64,000 nt of DNA from a bacterium (GTDB lineage: Bacteria; UBA8248): the NCBI GenBank assembly GCA_965213685.1, contig CBDBZY010000024.1, positions 1 through 64,000 of the forward strand, given 5' to 3'. Below are positions 50,445 through 60,960 of the stretch, one piece after another (the stretch's first letter is position 1; the number at the start of each line of letters is the position of its first letter). The position numbers were made by a program, and so were the translations under genes. Below the pieces are notes generated by a model. It was not told where the DNA came from and ran no database searches. It saw only the letters and a program-made list of their open reading frames with translations.

Positions 50445-51593
50445 ATGGGGCAGAGGAAGTATCCCGCCGTCTTCATGCGCGGGGGCACGAGCCGCGCCAT
50501 CGTGTTCCACGCGCGAGACCTGCCCGGGGAGCGCGCCGAGCGAGACGCCATATTCCTCGGGGCCATGGGCAGCCCCGACCCGAACGGGCGCCAGCTCGAC
50601 GGGCTCGGGGGCGGGGTATCGTCCCTGAGCAAAATCGCCGTCGTCGCGCCATCGGAGCGCGCGGACGCCGACGTCGAGTTCACCTTCGCACAGGTGGGAG
50701 TTCGGGAGGAGATCGTGGACTACGCAGGGACGTGCGGGAACATCTCGAGCGCCGTCGGTCCCTTCGCCGTGGACGAGGGGCTCGTGCCGGCGGGGGAAGA
50801 CGGCATGGCCGCCGTGCGCGTCTACAACACGAACACGAAAAAAACATACCGTGCCCGCTTCCCCGTGGAGGCCGGCGCGGCCGCCGCGCACGGCGCCTAT
50901 GCGCTGCCGGGCGTCTCCGGGACGGGGGCGCGCATCACGCTCGAATTCATGGACCCGGGAGGGGCCGCCACCGGCAGGCTCCTCCCTTCGGGCCGCGCCG
51001 TGGACGTCTTCGACATCGAGGGGATGGGCCGGATCGAGGTGAGCCTCGTGGATGCGACCAACCCGATGGTGTTCCTCCGCGCGCGGGACGCGGGGCTATC
51101 CGGCGGGGAGGCGCCGGGCCGCATGGACAGCCGGGTCGAGCTGATGGTGAACCTCGAGCAGATTCGCGCGGAGGCTGCCGTGCGCATGGGCCTGGCGCGA
51201 AGCAGAAGGGAAGCCTCCGAGAGCGTTCAGGCGGTGCCGAAAGTGGCCGTCGTCGCACCCCCGGTGGAATACGTGAACCTCCGGGGCGAGGTCATCTCCC
51301 CGGACGCCTACGACCTCGCGAGCCGCATCGTCTCGATGGGCAGGACCCACCGCGCCTATGCGCTGACGGGCGCCATGTGCCTTGCGGTCGCCGCCCGCAT
51401 TCCCGGAACCCTGGCGGCGGATGCCGCCCGCAGCGGCGAGGGCGACCTGCGCCTCGGGCATCCCTCGGGCGTCCAGACGGTGGGCGCCGAGGTCTCCGGC
51501 GCGCCGGGCGGATACAGGGCGGAAAAGGTGGTCGTCTACCGGACGGCGCGGCGGCTGATGGAGGGATTCGTGTGCGTGCCGGCGCCGCGCTGA
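50445..51593 (+). CDS. PrpF-family isomerase
   Basis: MRGGTSRA, QLDGLGGGVSSLSK, CGNISSAVGPFA, HPSG, RTARRLMEG. Confidence 0.92.
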   Translation: MGQRKYPAVFMRGGTSRAIVFHARDLPGERAERDAIFLGAMGSPDPNGRQLDGLGGGVSSLSKIAVVAPSERADADVEFTFAQVGVREEIVDYAGTCGNISSAVGPFAVDEGLVPAGEDGMAAVRVYNTNTKKTYRARFPVEAGAAAAHGAYALPGVSGTGARITLEFMDPGGAATGRLLPSGRAVDVFDIEGMGRIEVSLVDATNPMVFLRARDAGLSGGEAPGRMDSRVELMVNLEQIRAEAAVRMGLARSRREASESVQAVPKVAVVAPPVEYVNLRGEVISPDAYDLASRIVSMGRTHRAYALTGAMCLAVAARIPGTLAADAARSGEGDLRLGHPSGVQTVGAEVSGAPGGYRAEKVVVYRTARRLMEGFVCVPAPR

Positions 51594-51698
51594 AAGCCGG
51601 TTCTCTCGCAGCCGGTTCTCTCGCCGAACATATCTCCGGGCTGCGAAGAGGGGGGCCATTCCGTCGCGTTGCGGAGCGCATCGGCGGGCGGGATCGGC

Positions 51699-52574
51699 CT
51701 ATCTCCTCTCTCCCGTCACGAGCCAGACGCCGGCGGCCGTCAGCGCGGCGCCCGCCATCAGATGCCAGCCCGGCTCCTCGCCCAGATACAGGGCGCTGCC
51801 GACCACGCCGATGATGGGAGTCAAGAACAGGAACACCGACATCCTGGCGGGAGAATACCGGAGCAGCAGATAGCCCCAGTAGGCGAGAAGGAGGGCGCTG
51901 GATATCACCCCCATGTATGCGACCGCCAGCGCCTCGGCGGCGCCGAAGGAGGAAACCCCGAAGCGGGGGTCGGGGAAGGACAGAAGAAGATAGGCCGGCG
52001 CGCCGATGATCATCGCCCACCTCGCCACCGCCACGAAATCCGAACGGGAGAGGTAGCGGCGGAAATGAATCGTCTGCACCCCCCAGAGAACGGCGGCGGC
52101 GAGAACGTAGCAGTCCGCCCAGAGTGCGCTCTCCGCCCCGAGGCGATTCGAGAACACCGTCATCGTGCCCCCCATCGCCGCGGCGAAGCCGAGCCCCCGC
52201 ACCCAGGTGATGCGCTCTCCCGCAAGGAGCAGGGCGGAGAGCAGCATCACCCAAATCGGCTGGGTGTACAGCAGCACCGAGGCGCGCGCGGCGGCCGTGC
52301 CGGACATCCCCTGATACAGGAACAGGATATAGACGTTGTGCAGCAGGCCGTTGAGCATCCGGTGCCCCTTCTCCTTCCAGGCGTCCGGGTGCGTCACCCT
52401 GTCGGGAGCGGGGAACGCGAGGCGATAGAGCGTGAGGGTGATGACGCCCGCCGCACAGCGCATCCATATGAGGGCGAAGGGCGTGAGACCCGCGTAGGCG
52501 CCCTTGATGATGGGCTGCGCCATGCCCCACACGATGGCGAGAAGCAGGGAGCCCAGCACCAGTTCGAGCGCCAT
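51699..52574 (-). CDS. DMT/EamA-family transporter
   Basis: Ten TM segments, LYTQPIW, LAGER, LGEE. Confidence 0.85.
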   Translation of the reverse strand: MALELVLGSLLLAIVWGMAQPIIKGAYAGLTPFALIWMRCAAGVITLTLYRLAFPAPDRVTHPDAWKEKGHRMLNGLLHNVYILFLYQGMSGTAAARASVLLYTQPIWVMLLSALLLAGERITWVRGLGFAAAMGGTMTVFSNRLGAESALWADCYVLAAAVLWGVQTIHFRRYLSRSDFVAVARWAMIIGAPAYLLLSFPDPRFGVSSFGAAEALAVAYMGVISSALLLAYWGYLLLRYSPARMSVFLFLTPIIGVVGSALYLGEEPGWHLMAGAALTAAGVWLVTGERR

Positions 52575-52615
52575 CCCCGTCTCGCCGGAGGGCGGATGCG
52601 CGGCCGGAGGTCTGC

Positions 52616-53026
52616 TCAATCGGCCTCCCGGGCGGGACGCGGCCGCTCGCATATTTCCACCCGTATGTTCTCGGGCCCCCGAACGAAGGCGATCATCCGT
52701 CCCCCCACTCCCGCAGGGACGGGGTCCATCAGCACCTCCGCCCCCCGCTCTTCGAGGCGGGCGACCGTGGACGCCACGTCGTCCACCGCGACGCCCAGAT
52801 GGTCCAGCCCATGCACCAGCCCGGGCGCGACGGCGTCCGGCTCGTCTCCCGCGCGATACCCCCGGATGCGCAAGTCGCCCTCCCCGAGCCGGAAGATGGC
52901 GTAGGGCGCCCCCTTGAAATCCTCCTCGTAGGAGATGGCCTCCAGCCCGAATATCCGCTCGAAGAAATCCGCCATGGCGCGGACGTCCCGGGTCAGAAAG
53001 TGGACATGGTCATACCGAAAGTCCAT
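52616..53026 (-). CDS. VOC/glyoxalase-family protein
   Basis: YDHVHF, GLDHLGVAVDD, AFVRGPENIRVE. Confidence 0.85.
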   Translation of the reverse strand: MDFRYDHVHFLTRDVRAMADFFERIFGLEAISYEEDFKGAPYAIFRLGEGDLRIRGYRAGDEPDAVAPGLVHGLDHLGVAVDDVASTVARLEERGAEVLMDPVPAGVGGRMIAFVRGPENIRVEICERPRPAREAD

Positions 53027-53146
53027 CACTCGCTCCTTCTTGCGATTTTTCATTTTCCAACGCGCGTATTACGCTGGGTCGAGAATCCCACAGGAAGCGC
53101 CATGCATACAAACGACCTGCATCCTCTCGCAAAAAGGGGCGCGCCC

Positions 53147-54061
53147 ATGCCGAAAGCGAACATCACGGGCGACGCGCACCGGGCGCATCACGACGGCGCC
53201 GACCTGTTCTTGTGGAGAAAGCGAAAGGCCGGAAGCGCGAAGCCGCCTCGGGGCGTCGTCCTCCTCGTGCACGGCTCGTCCATGGCCTCCACCCCCACGT
53301 TCGACCTTCAGGTGAAAGGCCGGCCCGAATACTCGCTGATGGACTATCTCGCGGAGCGCGACTACGACGTCTGGTGCGTGGATTGCGAGGGATACGGGAG
53401 GTCCACCAAATCGAGAGGGGTCTCCTGCGGAGTCGAGCGCGGGGCGCGGGACATTCTCGCGGCGGCGAACAAAATCCTGCAAATCACCAGAATCCGTTCC
53501 CTTCATCTCTACGGCATCTCATCCGGTGCGCTGCGGGCCGCCCTGTTCGCGCAAAGAAACCCGGCGCGCGTGAAGCGGCTGATACTCGACGCTTTCGTGT
53601 GGACGGGCAAGGGGAGCCCCACCCTCCGGGAGAGGCGCAAACGATTCCAGGGCGTGGCCTCCACGTCGAGGAGGCCCGTGAACCCGGACTTCATCAAAAG
53701 CATTTTCACGCGGGATCATCCGGGCACAGCCCACCCGGACGTCGTCGCCGAATACGCCCGGGCGATTTGCGCCCTCGACGATACGATTCCCAACGGCACC
53801 TACGTCGACATGTGCGAGCACCTGCCCTTGGTGGACCCAAGGAAGATCGCCGCGTCCGTGATGATCACGCGCGGGCAGTTCGACGGCATCGCCAGCCTCG
53901 ACGACCTCATGGAATTCTTCGGGCTGCTGCCGAATCCGGACAAGCAGTTCGTCATGGTGCCCGGAATCGCCCACGCCAGCCTGCAGGAGAAAAATCACGG
54001 GATCGTCTACTACCTCATCGAACGATTCTTCAGCCAGCCATCGCCGGTCTACGAAGGCTGA
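53147..54061 (+). CDS. alpha/beta hydrolase
   Basis: LVHGSSM, EGYGRS, YGISSG, RGQFDGIA, GIAH. Confidence 0.85.
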   Translation: MPKANITGDAHRAHHDGADLFLWRKRKAGSAKPPRGVVLLVHGSSMASTPTFDLQVKGRPEYSLMDYLAERDYDVWCVDCEGYGRSTKSRGVSCGVERGARDILAAANKILQITRIRSLHLYGISSGALRAALFAQRNPARVKRLILDAFVWTGKGSPTLRERRKRFQGVASTSRRPVNPDFIKSIFTRDHPGTAHPDVVAEYARAICALDDTIPNGTYVDMCEHLPLVDPRKIAASVMITRGQFDGIASLDDLMEFFGLLPNPDKQFVMVPGIAHASLQEKNHGIVYYLIERFFSQPSPVYEG

Positions 54062-54221
54062 GGCCAGAGGCGGGCGGCGGCGGCCGCTTGATTCCCGGGG
54101 AACAATGGGGCTAGATTGCCCCCCACGCATCGGGACCGATGAGGCGGACGCGAAGCATCCCCTTGTCGAAAGCAAAAGGCCACGCACGCACCTTTCATCC
54201 CTCAATCAGAGAGGCGCTTCC

Positions 54222-55043
54222 ATGGAAACCCAGGATTGGTATTCTGTCAACGAATTCGCACCGAACAGCTACCAGATCACCGAAGGCGGCCGCTTCAACA
54301 TGCTCCTCTTGGTCGGAGACGAGAAGGCGGTCGCCATTGACGGGGGAATCGGAGTCGGGAACCTCCGGAAGCTCTACGAGAGCATCACGGACAAGCCCAT
54401 CGACTTCATCCTCACCCACACCCACTGGGATCACCTCGGTGCGGCCTCGCAATGGGAGAAGGTGGGCGTCCACCCTGTCGGCATAAATCTGCTGGCGAAC
54501 GACTTCTCGAAGATGCAAACCGGCTTCCTGAACATGTGGAAGAACAACGGAAACACGTTTCCCGAGTGGTTTGACGAGGACGCCTACGACATCCAGCCCG
54601 CGGCGTTCGGCTGGACGCTCCAGGAGGGCGACGCCTTCGACCTCGGGAACCGGAAGTTTCACGTCTACGAGACGCCCGGGCATTCGCCCTGCAGCATCTC
54701 GCTCTATGACGAGCGGGAGAAAATTCTCGTCTCAGGCGATCTGATCCGCTGCGAGGAATGCCTGTTCCTGCAAGTGCCCACGGCGGTACTCTCCGACTAT
54801 GCGCCGTCGCTCCGGAAGATGGAGAAGCTCGCACGGGAGAAGGAGGTGCGCTGGATCACCTCGGGACACACCGACCCCTATCCGGACCCCTCCATCATCG
54901 GCGAGCTGGCACAGAACATGGAGGAGCTCGAAGCCGGCAAACACGACCCGCCCGCCAAGGTGGACGGCGGGGCGTGGGGCGAGGTGGATGAATACGTGTT
55001 CCCCCGCGTCAAGGTCTGGATTCAGGATCACGCCAGAAAGTAA
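54222..55043 (+). CDS. MBL-fold metallo-hydrolase
   Basis: THTHWDHLG, TPGHSP, SGD, SGH. Confidence 0.88.
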   Translation: METQDWYSVNEFAPNSYQITEGGRFNMLLLVGDEKAVAIDGGIGVGNLRKLYESITDKPIDFILTHTHWDHLGAASQWEKVGVHPVGINLLANDFSKMQTGFLNMWKNNGNTFPEWFDEDAYDIQPAAFGWTLQEGDAFDLGNRKFHVYETPGHSPCSISLYDEREKILVSGDLIRCEECLFLQVPTAVLSDYAPSLRKMEKLAREKEVRWITSGHTDPYPDPSIIGELAQNMEELEAGKHDPPAKVDGGAWGEVDEYVFPRVKVWIQDHARK

Positions 55044-55068
55044 AACGCTTCCGCGGGAGGGGATATGG

Positions 55069-55884
55069 GTGGACGCGCAGGGCTGGTATGACGTCATCGA
55101 GTTCGCACCGGGGACCTATCAGATCACCGAAGCCGGTCGGTGGAACATGTTCCTGCTCCTCGGCGAGGAGAGGGCACTCTCGCTCGACGGCGGAATCGGC
55201 GTGGGCAGCGTCCGCAGGCTCTGCGAGTCGCTGACGACGCTCCCGATCGATCATGTGCTCACGCACACGCACTGGGATCATGTGGGCACCGCCCACGAAT
55301 GGGACGCCGTGGGCGTTCACCCGAACGGCAGGGAGAAGCTGGCGAACGACTACGGCGCCGGCTGCCGGGATTTCGTGAACACGTGGCGCGGAAGGCCGTT
55401 TCCCGAAGGATTCGACCCGGACGCCTTCACCATACCGCCCGGGAAATTCGGCTGGGCGGTTCAGGAGGGCGACGTCATCGACCTGGGCGGCAGGAGAATC
55501 CGGATATACGACACCCCCGGGCATTCGCCGTGCAGCATCTCCCTGTATGACGAGAAAGAGCGCGTCCTCATCTCGGGAGACCTGGTAAAGCCCGGCCAGC
55601 CGCTCTTCATCCAGGTGCCCACCGCCGTCTTGTCCGAATACGGCCCCTCCCTGCGCAAGCTGGAAAAAGTGGCGCGAGACAACGACGCGAAGTTCGTTTG
55701 CTCGGGCCATACCGACCCGTGCGAGGACATCCCCGTCATCGGCCGGATGGCGCGGTTCGTGGAAGAGGTGGCGGAGGGCAGGCACGAACCGCCCGCCCGG
55801 GTGGAGGCCGGAAAGTGGGGAGTGGTGGATGAATACGCGGCGGACGGCTTCCGGGTGTGGACAAACGAGAACGCCCGAAAATAG
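55069..55884 (+). CDS. MBL-fold metallo-hydrolase (tandem paralog)
   Basis: THTHWDHVG, TPGHSP, SGD, SGH. Confidence 0.88.
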   Translation: MDAQGWYDVIEFAPGTYQITEAGRWNMFLLLGEERALSLDGGIGVGSVRRLCESLTTLPIDHVLTHTHWDHVGTAHEWDAVGVHPNGREKLANDYGAGCRDFVNTWRGRPFPEGFDPDAFTIPPGKFGWAVQEGDVIDLGGRRIRIYDTPGHSPCSISLYDEKERVLISGDLVKPGQPLFIQVPTAVLSEYGPSLRKLEKVARDNDAKFVCSGHTDPCEDIPVIGRMARFVEEVAEGRHEPPARVEAGKWGVVDEYAADGFRVWTNENARK

Positions 55885-55894
55885 CGGAGGCGAA

Positions 55895-57847
55895 ATGCAA
55901 GGGAACGCTCCGGACATCATATGGCGGCCAAACGAGGATTTTCTGACGAACAGCCACGTCGCGAGGCTCATGAAAAAGCTGGACATCGCCGATCACCGGG
56001 AGTTCCTGAAATGGTCGGTCCAGGACATACGGCGCTTCTGGGAGGTTGTCCTGGAGGACATGGGGCTCGATTGGTACAAGCCTTACGACGAGCTGCTGGA
56101 CTTGGGCGGCGGCTTCCCCTGGGCCAGGTGGTTTCTGGGCGGGGAGACGAACATCGTCCTCAACTGCATCGACCGCCACGCGGCGGGTGTGCGCAAAGAT
56201 CAGGTCGCCCTCACCTGGGAGGGCGACGGCGGGGAGTGCCGGCGCTTCACCTACGCCGCCCTCTCCGCGGAGGTGTCCCGTCTCGCCAACGCCATGCGCG
56301 CGATGGGACTCCGGCCAGGGGACGTGGCGGGCGTGTTCCTCCCGATGGTGCCCGAGGCCGCCATCGTCATGTATGCCTGCTTCAAGACGGGGGTGGCGGT
56401 ATTGCCCGTTTTCTCGGGCTTCGGCCCCGAGGGGCTGGCCGAGCGCCTGAGACACGCGGAGGCGCGCATTTTGTTCACGGCGGACGGCGCCGTCCGCAGG
56501 GGCAGGAAGATTCCCCTGAAAGGCACGGCGGACGCCGCACTGGAGCGGGACACCCGCGTCGAAAAGGTGGTCGTCCTCGAACGCTCCGGCGATGACGTTC
56601 CCATGAAGGCGGGGCGCGACGTCACCTGGGATGCGTTCCTGGCGGGACACTCCGCCGAGGCGGAGACGGCGCGCCTTCCCGCAAACGCCGTTTCGATGAT
56701 CATGTACACCTCGGGCACCACCGGCAAGCCCAAGGGCACCGTCTACACCCATGCCGGGCTGATGAGCGGCCCGGGGCGCGAACTCCGGTATTGCCTGGAC
56801 ATGCGCGATGGCGACACGATCTTCTGGGTCACGGACTTCGGCTGGGTCATGGCGCCCTACGAGCTGGTGGGCGCCCATTTCAGCGGCCATTCCTGTCTGC
56901 TGTATGAGAGCGTGCCAAACCACCCGACGCCCGACCGCCTCTGGCGAATCGTCGCCAGGCACCGGGTCAGCCACCTGGGGCTTTCGCCCACGGCGGTGCG
57001 CGTCCTGATCAGCGCGGGCGATGCGTGGGTGGAAGACCACGATTTCTCCTCCCTGCGGGTTCTGGCTTCCACGGGCGAGCCCTGGGACCCGGAGTCCTAC
57101 ATGTGGTTCTTCGAGAAAGTGGGCGCCGGGCGGTGTCCCGTCATGAACATCTCGGGCGGCACGGAAATCGGCGCCTGCCTGCTGCAGCCCCTGCCCGTCA
57201 TGGAACTCACCCCATGCACGCTGGGCGCGCCGGCCATGGGCACGGACACGGACGTGTTCGACGAGGACGCCCGTCCGATTCGCGGCGAAGTGGGCCATCT
57301 GGTGCTCAAGCAGCCCATACCCTCGCTCACCAACGGCTTCTGGAAGGAGCCGGAGCGCTACGTCGAAACCTATTTTTCCCGCTGGGAGGGCGTCTGGTAC
57401 CACGGGGACTGGGCCAAGGTGGACGAACGGGGGCTTTGGTATCTCTACGGACGCTCGGACGACACCATCAAGGTGTCCGGAAAGCGCGTGGGACCCAACG
57501 AGATAGAATCCGAACTCATCAAGCACCCGGGCGTCATCGAGGCGGCCGTGGTGGGAACGCCGCATCCGGTGAAGGGGGAGGGCCTCACCTGCTTCGTCGT
57601 CATGCGGGAGCCGTATCAGCCGAGCGACGCGCTGCGCGAAGAACTCAAAGACCAGGCGGTCGAATACCTGGGGAAAAGCCTGCGGCCCGACGAGGTGCGC
57701 TTCGTCCAGGCGCTGCCCAAGACGCGCTCCGCCAAAATCGTCCGCAGCGCGATCAAGAAAGTGTATCTGGGCGAGGCGGTCGACCACATGGACATGAACG
57801 CGCTCGAGAACCCGGCCCACCTCGACGCCATCCGGGAGGCGGTGTAG
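55895..57847 (+). CDS. acetate/short-chain acyl-CoA ligase (Acs-like)
   Basis: YTSGTTGKPKG, STGEPW, NISGGTE, GRSDDTI, LPKTRSAKI. Confidence 0.92.
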   Translation: MQGNAPDIIWRPNEDFLTNSHVARLMKKLDIADHREFLKWSVQDIRRFWEVVLEDMGLDWYKPYDELLDLGGGFPWARWFLGGETNIVLNCIDRHAAGVRKDQVALTWEGDGGECRRFTYAALSAEVSRLANAMRAMGLRPGDVAGVFLPMVPEAAIVMYACFKTGVAVLPVFSGFGPEGLAERLRHAEARILFTADGAVRRGRKIPLKGTADAALERDTRVEKVVVLERSGDDVPMKAGRDVTWDAFLAGHSAEAETARLPANAVSMIMYTSGTTGKPKGTVYTHAGLMSGPGRELRYCLDMRDGDTIFWVTDFGWVMAPYELVGAHFSGHSCLLYESVPNHPTPDRLWRIVARHRVSHLGLSPTAVRVLISAGDAWVEDHDFSSLRVLASTGEPWDPESYMWFFEKVGAGRCPVMNISGGTEIGACLLQPLPVMELTPCTLGAPAMGTDTDVFDEDARPIRGEVGHLVLKQPIPSLTNGFWKEPERYVETYFSRWEGVWYHGDWAKVDERGLWYLYGRSDDTIKVSGKRVGPNEIESELIKHPGVIEAAVVGTPHPVKGEGLTCFVVMREPYQPSDALREELKDQAVEYLGKSLRPDEVRFVQALPKTRSAKIVRSAIKKVYLGEAVDHMDMNALENPAHLDAIREAV

Positions 57848-57851
57848 CGCG

Positions 57852-59792
57852 ATGCCCGACATCATCTGGCGGCCGAGCAAGGATATGCTGGAGAACTCGA
57901 ACATCGCCGGCTTCATGAGAAAAAACGACCTGGCCGGCTATGAGGAGCTGCTCGCCTTCTCCAGAGAAGACGTCGGGCGACTCTGGGCGGCCCTCGAGCG
58001 GGACATGGGCGTCTGCTGGTACAAGCCCTACGAGAGAGTGCTCGACCGCTCGGGCGGCCTCCCCTGGACAAGATGGTTCGTCGGCGGCGAGCTCAACATC
58101 GTCCACAACTGCATCGACAGGCACCTGGCGAGTCCCGCGCGCGACAGGGTCGCTCTCGTCTGGGAGGGCGACGGGGGCGAAGTCCGCCGCTTCACCTATG
58201 CGGAGATGAACGCCCGGGTCTGCCGGCTGGCGAACGCCATGCGCGAGGCGGGAATGCGTCCGGGAGACAGCGCGGGCATTTTCATGCCCATGCTCCCGGA
58301 GACCGTCTTCGCCATGTTCGCCTGCCTGAAAATCGGGGTCATCGCCATCCCCATATTCTCAGGCTTCGGCCCGGAGGCGGTCGCCGAGCGCCTCGCCCAT
58401 GCCGGGGCGCGGCTCGTGTTCACCTCGAACGGCGGGATGCGCCGCGGCAAGGAGGTCGGCGTGAAGGCGCTGCTCGATGCGGCCCTCCGCCTGGGTGCTG
58501 AGGTGGAGAAGGTCGTCGTATTCCGAAGAACCGCGAAGAGCGTCCCCATGCAGGACGGACGGGACGTCCTCTGGGACGATTTCATCGACGGGCAACCCGA
58601 CGCCGCCGAAACCGAGCGCCTGCCCGCCGAGGCGCATTCCCTGATCATCTATACCTCGGGCACGACGGGCAAGCCCAAGGGCACGGTGCACACCCACGCG
58701 GGCTGCATGCTCAACGTGTCCAAGGAGATTCGCTATTGTCTGGACCTGCGGGATTCGGACATGTTCTTCTGGGTGACGGACATCGGCTGGATGATGGGCC
58801 CCTGGGAGATGATAGGCGTCCAGTTCGCCGGCGGGACCTACCTCATCTACGAGGGGGCGCCGAACTGGCCCGAACCCGACAGGCTGTGGAGGCTCCTGGG
58901 CGATCACCGGGTGACCACCTTCGGGGTTTCCCCCACCGCCGTCCGGCTCCTGAAAAGCCTGGGCGACGCCTGGGTGGAAAAACACGATCTGTCGAGATTG
59001 AGAATGCTGGGTTCGACCGGCGAGCCGTGGGACCCGGAATCCTACATGTGGTTCTTCGAGAAGGTGGGCGGCGGGCGATGTCCCGTCATGAACATCTCGG
59101 GCGGCACGGAGCTCTGCGGCTGCCTGCTCCAGCCGTATCCCGTCATTCCGCTCGCGCCCTGCTCCCTGGGCGGTCCCGCTCTGGGCGCGGACGCCGACGT
59201 GTTCAACGAGGCGGGCGAACCCGTGCGGGGCGAAATCGGCCATCTCGTGTGCAAGCAGCCGATGCCCTCGATGACAAAAGGTTTTCTCAAGGATGACGCG
59301 CGCTATCTGGAGACGTATTTTTCCCGGTGGCCGGACGTCTGGTATCACGGCGATTGGGCGCGGGCGGACGCGGACGGCCAATGGTATCTGTATGGGCGCT
59401 CGGACGACACCATCAACGTCGCGGGCAAGCGCGTGGGACCCGCCGAGGTGGAGGCGGCGCTCATCGGGCATCCCGCCGTCGTGGAGGCCGCCGTCATCGG
59501 CACGCCGCACCCGATCAAGGGGGAGGGCCTGTGCTGCTTCGTGGTGCTGGGCGCGGAGCAGGAACCGACCGACGCGCTCCGGGAGGCGCTCAAGGAAGAA
59601 GCCGTGAAGTATCTGGGGAGAAGCTTGCGCCCCGAGGAAGTGAAGTTCGTCAAGGCGCTGCCCAAAACGCGATCCGCCAAAATCGTTCGCGGCGCCATCA
59701 AGAAAATCCACCTGGGCGAAGACCCGGCGAATATCGACGCCTCCTCCATCGAAGCGCCGGAGTTGCTCCACGCCATCCAGGAGGCGCTATGA
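57852..59792 (+). CDS. acetate/short-chain acyl-CoA ligase (tandem paralog)
   Basis: YTSGTTGKPKG, DIGWMMGP, STGEPW, GRSDDTI, LPKTRSAKI. Confidence 0.92.
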   Translation: MPDIIWRPSKDMLENSNIAGFMRKNDLAGYEELLAFSREDVGRLWAALERDMGVCWYKPYERVLDRSGGLPWTRWFVGGELNIVHNCIDRHLASPARDRVALVWEGDGGEVRRFTYAEMNARVCRLANAMREAGMRPGDSAGIFMPMLPETVFAMFACLKIGVIAIPIFSGFGPEAVAERLAHAGARLVFTSNGGMRRGKEVGVKALLDAALRLGAEVEKVVVFRRTAKSVPMQDGRDVLWDDFIDGQPDAAETERLPAEAHSLIIYTSGTTGKPKGTVHTHAGCMLNVSKEIRYCLDLRDSDMFFWVTDIGWMMGPWEMIGVQFAGGTYLIYEGAPNWPEPDRLWRLLGDHRVTTFGVSPTAVRLLKSLGDAWVEKHDLSRLRMLGSTGEPWDPESYMWFFEKVGGGRCPVMNISGGTELCGCLLQPYPVIPLAPCSLGGPALGADADVFNEAGEPVRGEIGHLVCKQPMPSMTKGFLKDDARYLETYFSRWPDVWYHGDWARADADGQWYLYGRSDDTINVAGKRVGPAEVEAALIGHPAVVEAAVIGTPHPIKGEGLCCFVVLGAEQEPTDALREALKEEAVKYLGRSLRPEEVKFVKALPKTRSAKIVRGAIKKIHLGEDPANIDASSIEAPELLHAIQEAL

Positions 59793-59793
59793 A

Positions 59794-60036
59794 ATGGCCA
59801 TCGTCGATTGCCCGGAATGCGGGGGCGTGCTGAGCACCCGAGCCGCATCCTGTCCGCATTGCGGCTATCCCCTGAGAAGGCGCCCAAACGGGGGGATATT
59901 TCACACGATCGCCCAAATTCCCTGCTTTGTCGCCGGCCTCATCCTGATTCTCCTCATATTCTTCATCGCCCTGATTCTCGTCGACGTCTATTTCATCCAC
60001 AGCCTGATCCCCGCAGGGGGGATCACCAGGCTCTAG
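59794..60036 (+). CDS. zinc-ribbon membrane protein
   Basis: CPECG...CPHCG followed by a TM helix. Confidence 0.7.
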   Translation: MAIVDCPECGGVLSTRAASCPHCGYPLRRRPNGGIFHTIAQIPCFVAGLILILLIFFIALILVDVYFIHSLIPAGGITRL

Positions 60037-60211
60037 GTCGCGTGCGCAGGCACTCTCCCCGCACGCACGCTTCACCGCTTGCCCGCCGGATGTGCGGGCG
60101 CCTCTCCTCCGCCGCGCCCTGCCCCCGGAGAAACGCGCGCGCGCGCTTGTTATCGCTCCCCGGAATCGCTAGGCTGGCTCTCCGTTTCGCCACAGATGCG
60201 CGGGGGGATTT

Positions 60212-60958
60212 TTGGAATACTCGGTTCACCAGCTACTCGCGGTCGGAATCGCCGCTTTTTTCGTCGGCTTCCTCAAGACCACCTTCAGCTCCGGGGTGGG
60301 TATTTTTCTCGTCCCGGTCATGATAATCTTCTGGCCCACGCGCTTCATCATCGGAATCGTGGCCGTCGTCATGTGGGTGACGGATTTTTTCGCCGCCCCC
60401 ATGTTCTGGAAACAGTGGGAAACCCGCTTTCTCCGCTTTTTGGTGCCCGGCTTCTACGCGGGGGTGATCATCGGCGCGTATGCGCTGGTGAATCTGCCGG
60501 ATTACTGGCTGAGAAAGGGAATCGGCCTCACCTGCATCCTCTTTGCGGGGCTGCTCATCTGGCGAGAGATGCGAGGGGAGATGAGGCCGCCGCCCATCAG
60601 CGCGCCGCTGGGCGTGGGAATCGGCGTGGGGGGCGGAATCGTGAGCGCCATGTTTCACTCGGGAGGCCTCGTCCTGAGCCTGTTTTTCATCAGCCAGGGC
60701 CTTTCCAAAACGGCGGTGGTCGCGAGCATCCTCGGCACATGGCTCTGGGTCAATCCCGTCAAGGTCGCCTCGCTGTGGTTCGGCGGCATCGTGCAGACCC
60801 AGATGCTGGCGGCCGGTTTTCTGGCCTTTCCCCTGGCGTGGGCCGGAAGCTGGTGCGGCAGGCAGACGCTCCGAAAAATCCCGCAAAAAGGCTTCACCTA
60901 CATATTCTTGCTCCTCTCCCTCCTCACGGCCCTGCGCCTGCTCACGGAGCCGAACTAG
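60212..60958 (+). CDS. TauE/SafE-family transporter
   Basis: Eight TM segments, GFLKTTFSSGVG, two-repeat layout. Confidence 0.8.
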   Translation: MEYSVHQLLAVGIAAFFVGFLKTTFSSGVGIFLVPVMIIFWPTRFIIGIVAVVMWVTDFFAAPMFWKQWETRFLRFLVPGFYAGVIIGAYALVNLPDYWLRKGIGLTCILFAGLLIWREMRGEMRPPPISAPLGVGIGVGGGIVSAMFHSGGLVLSLFFISQGLSKTAVVASILGTWLWVNPVKVASLWFGGIVQTQMLAAGFLAFPLAWAGSWCGRQTLRKIPQKGFTYIFLLLSLLTALRLLTEPN

Positions 60959-60960
60959 CG

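Noticed and set aside
13354-51593. Complete nicotinate-fermentation pathway (Se-Mo hydroxylase, amidohydrolase, PrpF-like isomerase, aconitase-like dehydratase)
   Set aside because: Components are scattered over ~38 kb, and the hydroxylase, mutase and lyase genes are absent from the window; suggestive only.
51595-51624. 15-nt tandem repeat agccggttctctcgc x2
   Set aside because: Only two copies with no spacer, between convergent genes; not CRISPR, likely slippage.
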